DNA from: Bacteroidota bacterium
GTDB lineage: Bacteria; Bacteroidota; Bacteroidia; 2-12-FULL-35-15
Assembly: GCA_025963725.1 (NCBI GenBank)
Contig: JAOQAE010000002.1
Span: 1,115,765-1,179,764, forward strand
DNA: 64,000 nucleotides
Reading direction: 5' to 3'
This document shows positions 16,521 through 24,980 of this stretch, in pieces. Position 1 is the first letter of the stretch, and each line of letters opens with the position of its first letter. Both the position numbers and the translations under genes were made by a program. A model generated the notes under the pieces. The model was given only the letters and a program-made list of their open reading frames with translations. It ran no database searches and had not been told where the DNA came from.

Positions 16521-16999
16521 TGTGAGGATGTACCAATGTGCTGATTGTTGATAGTGGATTGATGAAGACAGTTTATTGATTAAGAACGTTTAATTCATTT
16601 TATGGAGCCCAGGAAAGAAAACCTGATTGTAGACCTGTCATTTAAATTTTCTTTGGAAGTAATAGAATACACGGAACTGCTTGAATCAAAAAAGCGGTTT
16701 AATATGGCAAATCAGCTGTTCCGGAGTGGAACAGGGATTGGCGCTAATGTCCGTGAAGCTCAAAATGCCGAAAGCAAAGCTGATTTTATACATAAATTAA
16801 AAATTGCAGCCAAAGAGGCAGAAGAAACTGAATATTGGTTACTCCTTTGTAAACTCAGTAAAAGTTATCCTGAGTGCGACTCTCTTTTGTCACAAGCTCA
16901 AAGCCTACTGAGAGTGTTAGGTAAAATAATCTCTTCATCACGCCGATAATGTTTATACCTCAATCAGAAATCAATCAATCGGTACATTTACACATCAGC
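16519..16999. other. IVS-like cassette: a four-helix-bundle gene bracketed by inverted repeats that exactly fill the recR-GT2 intergenic space
   Basis: Left arm GATGTGAGGATGTACC (16519-16534). The reverse complement of the right arm (16981-16996) is GATGTGTAAATGTACC, 13 of 16 identical. Both arms are followed by TGATTG-rich sequence. Confidence 0.5.
16602..16949 (+). CDS. Four-helix-bundle protein (23S rRNA intervening-sequence protein / Avd-like family)
   Basis: LFRSGTGIGANVREAQNAESKADFIHKLKIAAKEAEETEYWLLL is the hallmark of this family. The gene is more A+T-rich than its flanking genes. Confidence 0.85.
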   Translation: MEPRKENLIVDLSFKFSLEVIEYTELLESKKRFNMANQLFRSGTGIGANVREAQNAESKADFIHKLKIAAKEAEETEYWLLLCKLSKSYPECDSLLSQAQSLLRVLGKIISSSRR

Positions 17000-17001
17000 T
17001 A

Positions 17002-18957
17002 ATGAAGCTTTCCGTAATCATTGTCAATTACAACGTTCAGCATTTCCTGGAGCAGTGCCTGCATTCGGTACGCAAGGCTTCAAAAAATGTAAGCACGGAA
17101 ATATTTATAGTGGATAATAATTCGGTGGATGGCTCGGTGCAGATGGTGAAAGAGAAATTTCCAGAAGCCTTCCTCATTGAAAATAAAAAGAACACCGGCT
17201 TTTCCTACGCCAACAACCAGGCGATCCGCATTTCAAAAGGCGAATATGTATTGCTGCTGAACCCCGATACGGTTGTAGAAGAAGATACCTTTGAAAAGGT
17301 GGTTTCCTTCATGGATGCACATCCCGATGCCGGTGGGCTTGGCGTGAAGATGCTGGATGGAAAAGGGAATTTCCTGCCGGAATCCAAGCGCGGGCTGCCA
17401 ACTCCCTCTGTTGCATTTTACAAGATCTTCGGGTTCTCGAAGCTTTTTCCTAAATCGAAAACGTTTGGAAAATATCATCTCGGCTTTTTAGATAAGGATA
17501 AAACACATGAAGTGGAGATCCTTTCCGGTGCTTTTATGCTGATGCGCAAATCGGTGCTGGATAAAGTAGGACTGCTGGATGAAACATTTTTCATGTACGG
17601 CGAAGACATCGACCTCTCCTACCGCATCCTCCTCGGAGGCTACAAGAATTATTACTTTCCCGAAACCCGCATCATTCACTACAAAGGAGAAAGCACAAAA
17701 AAGAGCAGCGTGAATTATGTTTTCGTTTTTTACCGCGCCATGGTGATCTTCGCTGAAAAACATTTTTCGCAGAACAATGCCAAGCTCTTTTCCTTCCTGA
17801 TCAACATTGCCATTTACCTGCGTGCAGGGCTTGCCATTGCGGTGCGCTTCATCAAGTCGATCGCGCTGCCGGCAGTAGATTTTGGACTGGTGATGGCGGG
17901 CTTGTATTTCATCAAGGAATATTACGAAAGGCATTTCCGCTTTCTTGAGGGAGGCTCGTATTCGCAGGCGATCATCGCCATTGCATTTCCTGCTTACATC
18001 CTTATCTGGATGTTCACCGTTTACCTGAGCGGCGGCTACGACAAGCCCATCCGCCTCTTCCGCATCATCCGCGGGGTGATCGTGGGAACAGGCATTATCC
18101 TGATCGGCTATGCGCTGCTCCCGGAAACATACCGCTTTTCGAGGGCGATCATCCTGCTCGGCGCGGGCTGGGCAATGGCCGCTTATCTTGCATCGCGCCT
18201 GCTGCTTCATTTTGCAGGCATCAAGCCGTTCAGCCTGAACCCCGACAAAAGCAAGCGCATCGCCATCATCGGCACGCCCAATGAATTTGAGCGCGTTGCA
18301 GGGCTGCTCAAGCAAACCAGCATCAACACCAGCCTGCTGGGTTTTGTGAGCACCGATAATTCCACATCGGCGCACAAGGATCACCTCGGGAACATTTCGC
18401 AGATCGCGGAAGTGATAGGGATCTACAAGATCAATGAAGTGATCTTCTGCTCCCGCGATATTTCCTCGCAGGAGATCATCGGCTACATGCACACACTCAT
18501 CTCCGCCGATGTGGATTTCAAGATCGCACCGCCGGAAAGCCTTTCCATCATTGGCAGCAACTCGATCGACACGGCGGGCGACCTGTACATCATCGATGTG
18601 AATTCCATCAGCAAGCCGAAGAACCGGCGCAACAAGCGGCTGGTGGACATTCTTTTATGCTTCGCCCTGCTGGTTCTGTCGCCATACATGCTTTTTATAC
18701 TCGAAAACAGGGCGAGTTTTTTCCGCAACATTTTCCAGGTGCTGTTTGGAAAAAAATCCTGGGTGGGTTATGGCAGCGAGCGCCATGAACATCTTCCGAA
18801 GATCCGCTCCTCTGTTGTATGCCCTGCGGATGCCATCAAGAACATCAGCATCAACGGAGATACGCGCAACAGGCTCAACCTGGCGTATTCCAAGGATTAC
18901 AAAGTGGAGAACGACCTGAGCATTGTGTGGAGGAGCTTGGGGAAGCTGGGGAATTAG
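17002..18957 (+). CDS. Family 2 glycosyltransferase fused to a polytopic membrane region and a vestigial sugar-transferase-like C-terminus
   Basis: N-terminus KLSVIIVNYNVQHFLEQCL...DNNSVDGS...NPD is a GT2 signature. The central part is multi-TM. The C-terminus has NKRLVDILLCFALLVLSP and GKKSWVGY motifs, as in bacterial sugar transferases, but with almost nothing between them. Confidence 0.8.
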   Translation: MKLSVIIVNYNVQHFLEQCLHSVRKASKNVSTEIFIVDNNSVDGSVQMVKEKFPEAFLIENKKNTGFSYANNQAIRISKGEYVLLLNPDTVVEEDTFEKVVSFMDAHPDAGGLGVKMLDGKGNFLPESKRGLPTPSVAFYKIFGFSKLFPKSKTFGKYHLGFLDKDKTHEVEILSGAFMLMRKSVLDKVGLLDETFFMYGEDIDLSYRILLGGYKNYYFPETRIIHYKGESTKKSSVNYVFVFYRAMVIFAEKHFSQNNAKLFSFLINIAIYLRAGLAIAVRFIKSIALPAVDFGLVMAGLYFIKEYYERHFRFLEGGSYSQAIIAIAFPAYILIWMFTVYLSGGYDKPIRLFRIIRGVIVGTGIILIGYALLPETYRFSRAIILLGAGWAMAAYLASRLLLHFAGIKPFSLNPDKSKRIAIIGTPNEFERVAGLLKQTSINTSLLGFVSTDNSTSAHKDHLGNISQIAEVIGIYKINEVIFCSRDISSQEIIGYMHTLISADVDFKIAPPESLSIIGSNSIDTAGDLYIIDVNSISKPKNRRNKRLVDILLCFALLVLSPYMLFILENRASFFRNIFQVLFGKKSWVGYGSERHEHLPKIRSSVVCPADAIKNISINGDTRNRLNLAYSKDYKVENDLSIVWRSLGKLGN

Positions 18958-18978
18958 AAACCAGTTACCGCCTTGTTT

Positions 18979-19086
18979 CCGTCATTCCGTGCCACGACAC
19001 GGAATCTCTACGCGATGTTAAGGCTGGCAGGATTCCCTTCACCTCATGATTATAGCGAGATCCCGTGTCGGAGCACGGGATGACAT
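18979..19086. repeat. Convergent pair of family A hairpins between converging genes
   Basis: ccgtcattccgtgccacgacacggaatct at 18979-19007 (+) and gagatcccgtgtcggagcacgggatgacat at 19057-19086 (-). They probably act as terminators for the GT2 gene and mqo. Confidence 0.75.
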
Positions 19087-19136
19087 TGTAATTGGAGTAA
19101 TATTAAACAAAGCCTTCGCACAGAATAAGACAAACA

Positions 19137-20633
19137 TCAATCATACTTCAGCTTCAATAGTGTTCCGCTTCTCTTCCGGATCTCGTGGCAAAGCGCAGGG
19201 TCGGCATCGAGCGACAAGCCGTACGAAGGGATCATCTCTTTTAGCTTCCGCTGCCATTCCGCGCTCATCGCTTTTTCCTTAAAGCATCGTTTGATCACCT
19301 CCAGCATTACCGCAACAGAAACAGAGGCGCCGGGGGATGCGCCCAGTAATGCCGCAATAGAACCATCGGCGGCGCTTACGATCTCCGTCCCGAATTCCAG
19401 CACGCCGCCTCCCTCTACATCTCTCTTAATTACCTGCACACGCTGCCCGGCAACAGCAAGGTCCCAATCCTCCAGCTTTGCATCGGGCACGTAATGCTTC
19501 AGCGCTTCCAGCCTGTCTTCGGGAGATTGCTTTACCTGGTCGATCAGGTATTTTGTGAGCGGGATATTATGAATGCCCGCGGAAAGCATCGGGCGGATGT
19601 TGTTCAGCTTTATCGATCTCGGGAGATCCATCAGCGAGCCATGCTTCAGGAAGCGCGTGGAAAAGCCTGCATAAGGGCCGAACAGCAGCGCCTTCTTTCC
19701 GCCGATCATACGTGCATCGAGGTGCGGCACCGACATAGGCGGGGCGCCCACTTCAGCAAGGCCATATACCTTTGCGGAATGCTGTGCCACCACTTCGGGA
19801 TTATTGCAGATCAGCCATTGTCCGCTCACCGGGAAGCCGCCGTAGCCCTTGCTCTCTTCAATGCCTGATTTTTCAAGCAGTGTAAGGGCCGCACCACCGG
19901 CTCCGATGAACACGAAAGGCGACTCGTACATTTTTTCAATGCCGCTTTCCGGGTTTTTAAAAGTAACCTTCCAGCTATTATTCTTTGCCTTATCGAGGTA
20001 CGTGACCTCGTAACCCATGTACATGCTCACGCCGGGAAGCGCAAGCAGATGATCGAACATCAGGCGGGTGATGGCACCGAAATTCACATCGGTGCCGAGG
20101 TCCATTTTTGTAGCAGCCACCTTTTCATTCGGGTTCCTGTTCCGCATGATCAGCGGGATCCATTCCTCCAGCTGTTTCCGGTCATCTGAAAAAAGCATGC
20201 TCCTGAACAACGGGTGGCTCTTCATGGCTTTATGTCGCCTGCGGAGATATTCCACATTGATCTCTCCCCACACAAAGCTCATGTGCGGAATATTGGTGAT
20301 GAATTTTTCGGGAGAGGCCACAGCGCCTTTTTCAACAAGGTAAGCCCAGAATTCTTTCGACACTTCAAACGATTCGGCGATCTTCACTGCCTTTGAGATT
20401 TCGATAGAGCCATCCGGCAGCAGCGGAGTGTAATTGAGCTCGCAGAAAGCGGAATGGCCTGTGCCCGCATTGTTCCAGGCATCGGTGCTTTCACCGGCGA
20501 CTTCATTTAAGCGTTCAATTATCTTTATAGTGAGGTTGGGCTGCAGCTCTTTCAGAATGATCCCGAGGGTTGCGCTCATGATGCCGGCGCCGATAAGGAT
20601 CACATCGGTGCCTGTATGTTCAGAATTCTCCAT
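19137..20633 (-). CDS. mqo: Malate:quinone oxidoreductase
   Basis: DVILIGAGIMSATLG FAD motif and ESTDAWNNAGTGHSAFCELNYTP, which is highly characteristic of Mqo. 498 aa. Confidence 0.9.
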   Translation of the reverse strand: MENSEHTGTDVILIGAGIMSATLGIILKELQPNLTIKIIERLNEVAGESTDAWNNAGTGHSAFCELNYTPLLPDGSIEISKAVKIAESFEVSKEFWAYLVEKGAVASPEKFITNIPHMSFVWGEINVEYLRRRHKAMKSHPLFRSMLFSDDRKQLEEWIPLIMRNRNPNEKVAATKMDLGTDVNFGAITRLMFDHLLALPGVSMYMGYEVTYLDKAKNNSWKVTFKNPESGIEKMYESPFVFIGAGGAALTLLEKSGIEESKGYGGFPVSGQWLICNNPEVVAQHSAKVYGLAEVGAPPMSVPHLDARMIGGKKALLFGPYAGFSTRFLKHGSLMDLPRSIKLNNIRPMLSAGIHNIPLTKYLIDQVKQSPEDRLEALKHYVPDAKLEDWDLAVAGQRVQVIKRDVEGGGVLEFGTEIVSAADGSIAALLGASPGASVSVAVMLEVIKRCFKEKAMSAEWQRKLKEMIPSYGLSLDADPALCHEIRKRSGTLLKLKYD

Positions 20634-20675
20634 ACATAAAAATACATTTTTTTATTCCCGGAAAAAACGGCAGGA

Positions 20676-21512
20676 TCACATTTTTAAGATGGTGATCTCC
20701 ACGCGCCTGTTGGCACGCTTCCCTTCTTCAGTACGCTCGGAAGCGATGGGCTTGTCAAAGCTATATCCCTTGTAGGTCATCCGCTTTTCGCTGATGCCGT
20801 AATTTTTCAGGTAGTTGTACACCTTCTGCGCACGCATCACGGAAAGTTCCATCTCGGGCCCGCAGCATACATGCCCGCCAATCTCGATCTCAATGGTTGG
20901 ATGGTCCTGCATAAACTTTAGCAGCTCCTTCAGGGCGGGCTCCGATTCAACAAGCAGAACCGCAGTGCCCCCTTCAAAGTTCAGGTTCTTCAGGATCATT
21001 TTCTTTCCCACTTCAAGGCCTTCGGACGACAAGCCTACAGAAGGCGCAGCATCGTTCTTTTTTTCAGCAGGCACATCTGCTATCACTTCTTTAGCAGGAG
21101 CAGCTTGTGCAGGCGCAGGAAGCTTATAGGTGATTGCGACCATCGCGCGGCGGTTCCTTGCTTTCCCTTGTTCTGTTGCATTATCCGCAACAGGATCGTT
21201 CTCGCCGAATGAATTGGAAGCAATGAATTTTTCATTCAGCTTATTTGCAGTGAAAACATCTTTTACCGCTTTTGCACGCGCCTGTGCCAGCAGGTCGTTG
21301 CTTTCCGGAGAACCGTCGCCATCGCAATAAGCGGAAAGCTTCACCGAATAGCTTTCAGCAGCGCTGAGAAAAATGCAAACCGAATCGATCCATTTTTTAT
21401 CGGCCGGCTTTAATTCGCTTTTACCCGATTCGAAATAAACGGTGCGGCCTGCAACCTGCGATTGCGCGGCGATGATAAGGGTGAGGAAAAGGAACGTGAG
21501 GAGGACTCTCAT
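20676..21512 (-). CDS. OmpA-family protein with two OmpA-like domains
   Basis: Signal peptide, then two copies of the ...NRRV/AxVxIT motif (NRRAMVAITY and NRRVEITILK), each preceded by an SxxGxxDP-type segment. Confidence 0.8.
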   Translation of the reverse strand: MRVLLTFLFLTLIIAAQSQVAGRTVYFESGKSELKPADKKWIDSVCIFLSAAESYSVKLSAYCDGDGSPESNDLLAQARAKAVKDVFTANKLNEKFIASNSFGENDPVADNATEQGKARNRRAMVAITYKLPAPAQAAPAKEVIADVPAEKKNDAAPSVGLSSEGLEVGKKMILKNLNFEGGTAVLLVESEPALKELLKFMQDHPTIEIEIGGHVCCGPEMELSVMRAQKVYNYLKNYGISEKRMTYKGYSFDKPIASERTEEGKRANRRVEITILKM

Positions 21513-21580
21513 AAGATGGGTTTATGAAATAACGCAGAATGACTTAAAAGATACAGCAGGGATGACAGTCGGCGAGAAGA

Positions 21581-22543
21581 TTATTTGATCAGCTCCGCGA
21601 TGATCGTATCCATGCTTACGCTTTCGGCTTCGGCCTTGAAGTTGCGGACGATGCGGTGACGAAGGATCGCAGCGGCAACGGCTTTTACGTCTTCAATGTC
21701 GGGCGAGTATTTTCCTTTGATCATTGCATTGCATTTTGCGCCGATCACGAGGTACTGCGATGCCCGCGGGCCAGCGCCCCATGAAAGGTATTTGTTGGCC
21801 ACTTCGGCGGCATGCTCGGTGTTGGGGCGTGTTTTAGAGGCCAGCTTCACCGCGTATTCCAATACATTATCGGCAACGGGAATGCGGCGCACCAGCTCCT
21901 GGAAATACAGGATTTCTTCTGCGCTTACCACTTTTTGCAGCTGTACCTTATAATTGGAAGTTGTGTTCTTCACAACAATAAGCTCATCCTCGAACTTCGG
22001 GTAGTCCAGCCATACGTTGAACATAAAACGGTCGAGCTGCGCTTCCGGCAAAGGATAGGTACCTTCCTGCTCGATAGGATTTTGCGTGGCAAGCACAAAG
22101 AACGGGCTGCCAAGCTCGTATCGTTTTCCCGCTGCGGTCACCGTTCTTTCCTGCATCGCTTCCAGCAATGCAGCCTGTGTTTTCGGCGGTGTACGGTTGA
22201 TCTCATCGGCTAAAATAATGTTCGCGAACAGGGGGCCTTTGATGAATTTAAAATTGCGGTCGTCGCCCAGGATCTCGGAGCCGATAATATCGGAAGGCAT
22301 AAGGTCGGGAGTGAACTGGATGCGGTTATAGCTTAAGCCGAGAACATCGGCGATGGTATTTACCAATAATGTTTTTGCGAGCCCGGGAACACCCACCAGC
22401 AGGCAATGCCCTTTGCTGAAAATAGAGATCAGCACATCCTTTACCACCTCATCCTGCCCTATGATCACCTTGCCTATTTCGGCGCTTAATGTTTTGTACT
22501 TTACAACAAAAGCATCTACAGCTTCTACATCTGATTTATACAT
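21581..22543 (-). CDS. moxR: MoxR-like AAA+ ATPase
   Basis: GHCLLVGVPGLAKT Walker A, ILADEINR Walker B, and LEAMQERTVT. About 320 aa, typical of MoxR. Confidence 0.9.
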   Translation of the reverse strand: MYKSDVEAVDAFVVKYKTLSAEIGKVIIGQDEVVKDVLISIFSKGHCLLVGVPGLAKTLLVNTIADVLGLSYNRIQFTPDLMPSDIIGSEILGDDRNFKFIKGPLFANIILADEINRTPPKTQAALLEAMQERTVTAAGKRYELGSPFFVLATQNPIEQEGTYPLPEAQLDRFMFNVWLDYPKFEDELIVVKNTTSNYKVQLQKVVSAEEILYFQELVRRIPVADNVLEYAVKLASKTRPNTEHAAEVANKYLSWGAGPRASQYLVIGAKCNAMIKGKYSPDIEDVKAVAAAILRHRIVRNFKAEAESVSMDTIIAELIK

Positions 22544-22591
22544 ATTCTACGAATTTTTTCTGCTAATACGAATATACGAATTGGTGTGTTT

Positions 22592-22681
22592 GTCATTTCG
22601 AGTTCGACCGAAGGGAGAGTATCGAGAAAGCGGGTAAGCTTGTTCTCGATATGCTCGTACCTCGCTACTCGAACTGACGCT
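22592..22681. repeat. Inverted pair of family B units
   Basis: tgtcatttcgagttcgaccgaagggagagtatcgagaaagcg (+) followed by cttgttctcgatatgctcgtacctcgctactcgaactgacgc (-). Confidence 0.75.
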
Positions 22682-22713
22682 GGTAACCGTCTACGAACTC
22701 CTAACTCCCACCT

Positions 22714-24060
22714 TTAATTGATCCACTTATTACTAAAGGTACAGCTTTTATAATCATCGGCAATGCGCACAAAATTATCCGCCAGCTTCTTTTTGATCCA
22801 TGCCTGGATGGCCTCTTCCTGTTTCTTGTTGAGCGCTGCTCCCTGGATCTTCTGGTAATCTTCGGTAAGGTTGGCCATGTGCGGCTCCGTGCGCTTTTTC
22901 AGGTACAGGATGCGGTATGCCTGCTTTCCTTCCGGCGTCATGTAGGGCGTTGGCTTTGTGAACTCGCCTACCTTGATCTTATCGATCGCGAAGGCCACAT
23001 TCTGGTCGTACTGCCCGATCTCATCCATCGCAAAAAGCGTTGATCCGTTAAAGGGATTTACGATGAGCCCGCCGTTGTGCTTTGTTTCATCATCGTCGGA
23101 ATACCGCGCTGCCGCTTCGGCAAACGTAACGGTATCGGTGTTCAGCTTTGTATACACTGTATCGAGCGCTAATTTGGCGGCAAGCAGGTCGGTTGGATCG
23201 ATGTCGGCAAAATACAGAAGGCTGCGTGCTTCCACCTCTTCACCCCTGCGCTCCACGAGCTGGATGATGAAATAGCCGTACACCGTTTCAAACACTTCGC
23301 TTACTTCACCCGGCTTCAGACGGAATGCCCATGCATCCCACTCCGGCACAAACTCGCCCCTGCGCACACGCGGATACAAGCCTCCCTTGCTGGCAGAACC
23401 CGGATCCTTTGAGTAGAGTGCTGCAAGCGTTGCAAAGCTTTCTCCTTTCAGCACACGCTGGCGGAGGCGCTCGATGAACTCTTTTGATTCTTTTTTCGCC
23501 TCAGGCTTGATGCCGGGCTTCTTTACGATCTGTCCCACTTCCACCTCTGCGCTGATGAGGGGAATAGAATCCTTCGGAATGCTGTTGTAATACGCCCTGA
23601 TCTCGCTTGGCGTTACGGTAATATCATTCGTGATCTTTCCCTGCATCTGCTGTGCAAGCAAGAGGTCGCGCACATTGTCCTTCAGCTCCGCTTTATAATC
23701 TTCGCTTGACTTGCCATAGAAATCATGGAATTTTTCTTCGGATCCGAACTGCCCGAGGTAATAGCGCATCCGCCTGTCGAGCTCCTGCTCCACCTGCGCT
23801 TCGGTCACTTCCAGGCTATCCTTCTGCGCCTGTGCAAGCAAAAGCTTCTGGAACAAAAGGTCTTCCAGCAATTTGCAACGGGTATGCTCATCTACCGGCT
23901 CCTGCTGTGCAAGCATCTGCTGGTACTGTGCTTCCAGCTCCGATTTCAGGATCGGGTTGGTGCCCACCACCGCAACGATCTTGTCGATCACTCGTTCCTG
24001 TGCAGTGATGATCCCGGAGAGCAGCAGAAAGGCTGCAAAAATTAGTTTGATACGCTTCAT
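22714..24060 (-). CDS. SurA-like periplasmic chaperone / peptidyl-prolyl isomerase
   Basis: Signal peptide, a SurA N-terminal-type helical region, and a parvulin-like segment (GGLYPRVRRGEFVPEWDAWAF...YGYFIIQL). Confidence 0.8.
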   Translation of the reverse strand: MKRIKLIFAAFLLLSGIITAQERVIDKIVAVVGTNPILKSELEAQYQQMLAQQEPVDEHTRCKLLEDLLFQKLLLAQAQKDSLEVTEAQVEQELDRRMRYYLGQFGSEEKFHDFYGKSSEDYKAELKDNVRDLLLAQQMQGKITNDITVTPSEIRAYYNSIPKDSIPLISAEVEVGQIVKKPGIKPEAKKESKEFIERLRQRVLKGESFATLAALYSKDPGSASKGGLYPRVRRGEFVPEWDAWAFRLKPGEVSEVFETVYGYFIIQLVERRGEEVEARSLLYFADIDPTDLLAAKLALDTVYTKLNTDTVTFAEAAARYSDDDETKHNGGLIVNPFNGSTLFAMDEIGQYDQNVAFAIDKIKVGEFTKPTPYMTPEGKQAYRILYLKKRTEPHMANLTEDYQKIQGAALNKKQEEAIQAWIKKKLADNFVRIADDYKSCTFSNKWIN

Positions 24061-24908
24061 TTAATATAGATTTCTATTTTTTTATTGTTGGCTGCATCAT
24101 TGTACACATCCTGCTTCATTTTTGTGATGAGCTCGAGCTTGCGCTTGTTCAAAATGATGTTCTTTATATTCTCTTTTTCAAAACTCAGCGGGGAAATGCT
24201 GTTCTTTATTTTAAAGCCTTTAATGTTCAAAAAATAATTGTTGGTGGAATCGGCCACTTCCACGAAACGGTTATTCTGCAAAAATAACTCTTTATTATAG
24301 GTTTGGATCGGTATTTCTTTTAACAAATCATCAAACAACAGCCATGAATTATCATCAAGGTAAAAATTGGCGGCGAACTGGTGACAATACCCTGCAAGCT
24401 GCTCGCGGTCCTTCATGTTGTCGGACTTGTACCATTTCCTCAGCTTGTCGATCCCCGGCGCCTTTTTGTCCACCTTCACATAGATCACCTTGATGATGTT
24501 ATCCTTTAACTCGAAATCCGACTGGTTATTATTGTAATACTCCTCTATTTCCGAAGGCGAGATCACGGTATCCAGCTTTTGCCTCACGAGCTCTTTCTCG
24601 TAGCTGTAGGTGATGAGCGACCTGCGGTAATCCTGCAGCTGCTTCTCTACGTTCTTCTGCTCGTCGGATAAGTTGCTTTCCGCTTTCTGGATCACGAGCG
24701 ATTCCCTCACCCAGTTGTCGATGTACTTTTTCAGCTGCTCGAGGCTGTCCTTTGCGGGAGTTCCGTTCGGGACAAGATTGGTGAGCTCATCGGCATACAG
24801 GTATTCATTGTTTGCCTTTGCAACGGGCACCCGGCCTTCTTCCTCCCCCGGACTGCCCGAACAGGAGGCGATCAGCGCCAGTAATATGTATGACAGGATT
24901 CTTTTCAA
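24057..24908 (-). CDS. Hypothetical lipoprotein (SurA-N-like helical protein), translationally coupled to the SurA gene
   Basis: LLALIASC lipobox. 4-nt overlap with the downstream gene. Confidence 0.65.
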   Translation of the reverse strand: MKRILSYILLALIASCSGSPGEEEGRVPVAKANNEYLYADELTNLVPNGTPAKDSLEQLKKYIDNWVRESLVIQKAESNLSDEQKNVEKQLQDYRRSLITYSYEKELVRQKLDTVISPSEIEEYYNNNQSDFELKDNIIKVIYVKVDKKAPGIDKLRKWYKSDNMKDREQLAGYCHQFAANFYLDDNSWLLFDDLLKEIPIQTYNKELFLQNNRFVEVADSTNNYFLNIKGFKIKNSISPLSFEKENIKNIILNKRKLELITKMKQDVYNDAANNKKIEIYIK

Positions 24909-24924
24909 AAGGTTGTTTTAAAAA

Positions 24925-24960
24925 CTAAAAAAGTTTATGGCGCTGATGCACCATAAACTT
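24925..24960 (-). terminator. Rho-independent terminator (minus strand) after the PPIase gene
   Basis: The minus strand reads aagtttatggtgcatcagcgccataaactt followed by ttttt. Confidence 0.7.
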
Positions 24961-24980
24961 CATTATCATGAATAGGGTCC

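Noticed and set aside
17488-18492. Long antisense ORFs: 334 aa at 17488-18492. Similar cases are 43174-43860, 37385-37960, 30238-30792, 8703-9260, 945-1502 and 40106-40609.
   Set aside because: Each lies entirely opposite a CDS with clear family motifs. Their translations are Arg/His/Cys-rich and low-complexity, with no recognisable motif. This is typical of shadow ORFs.
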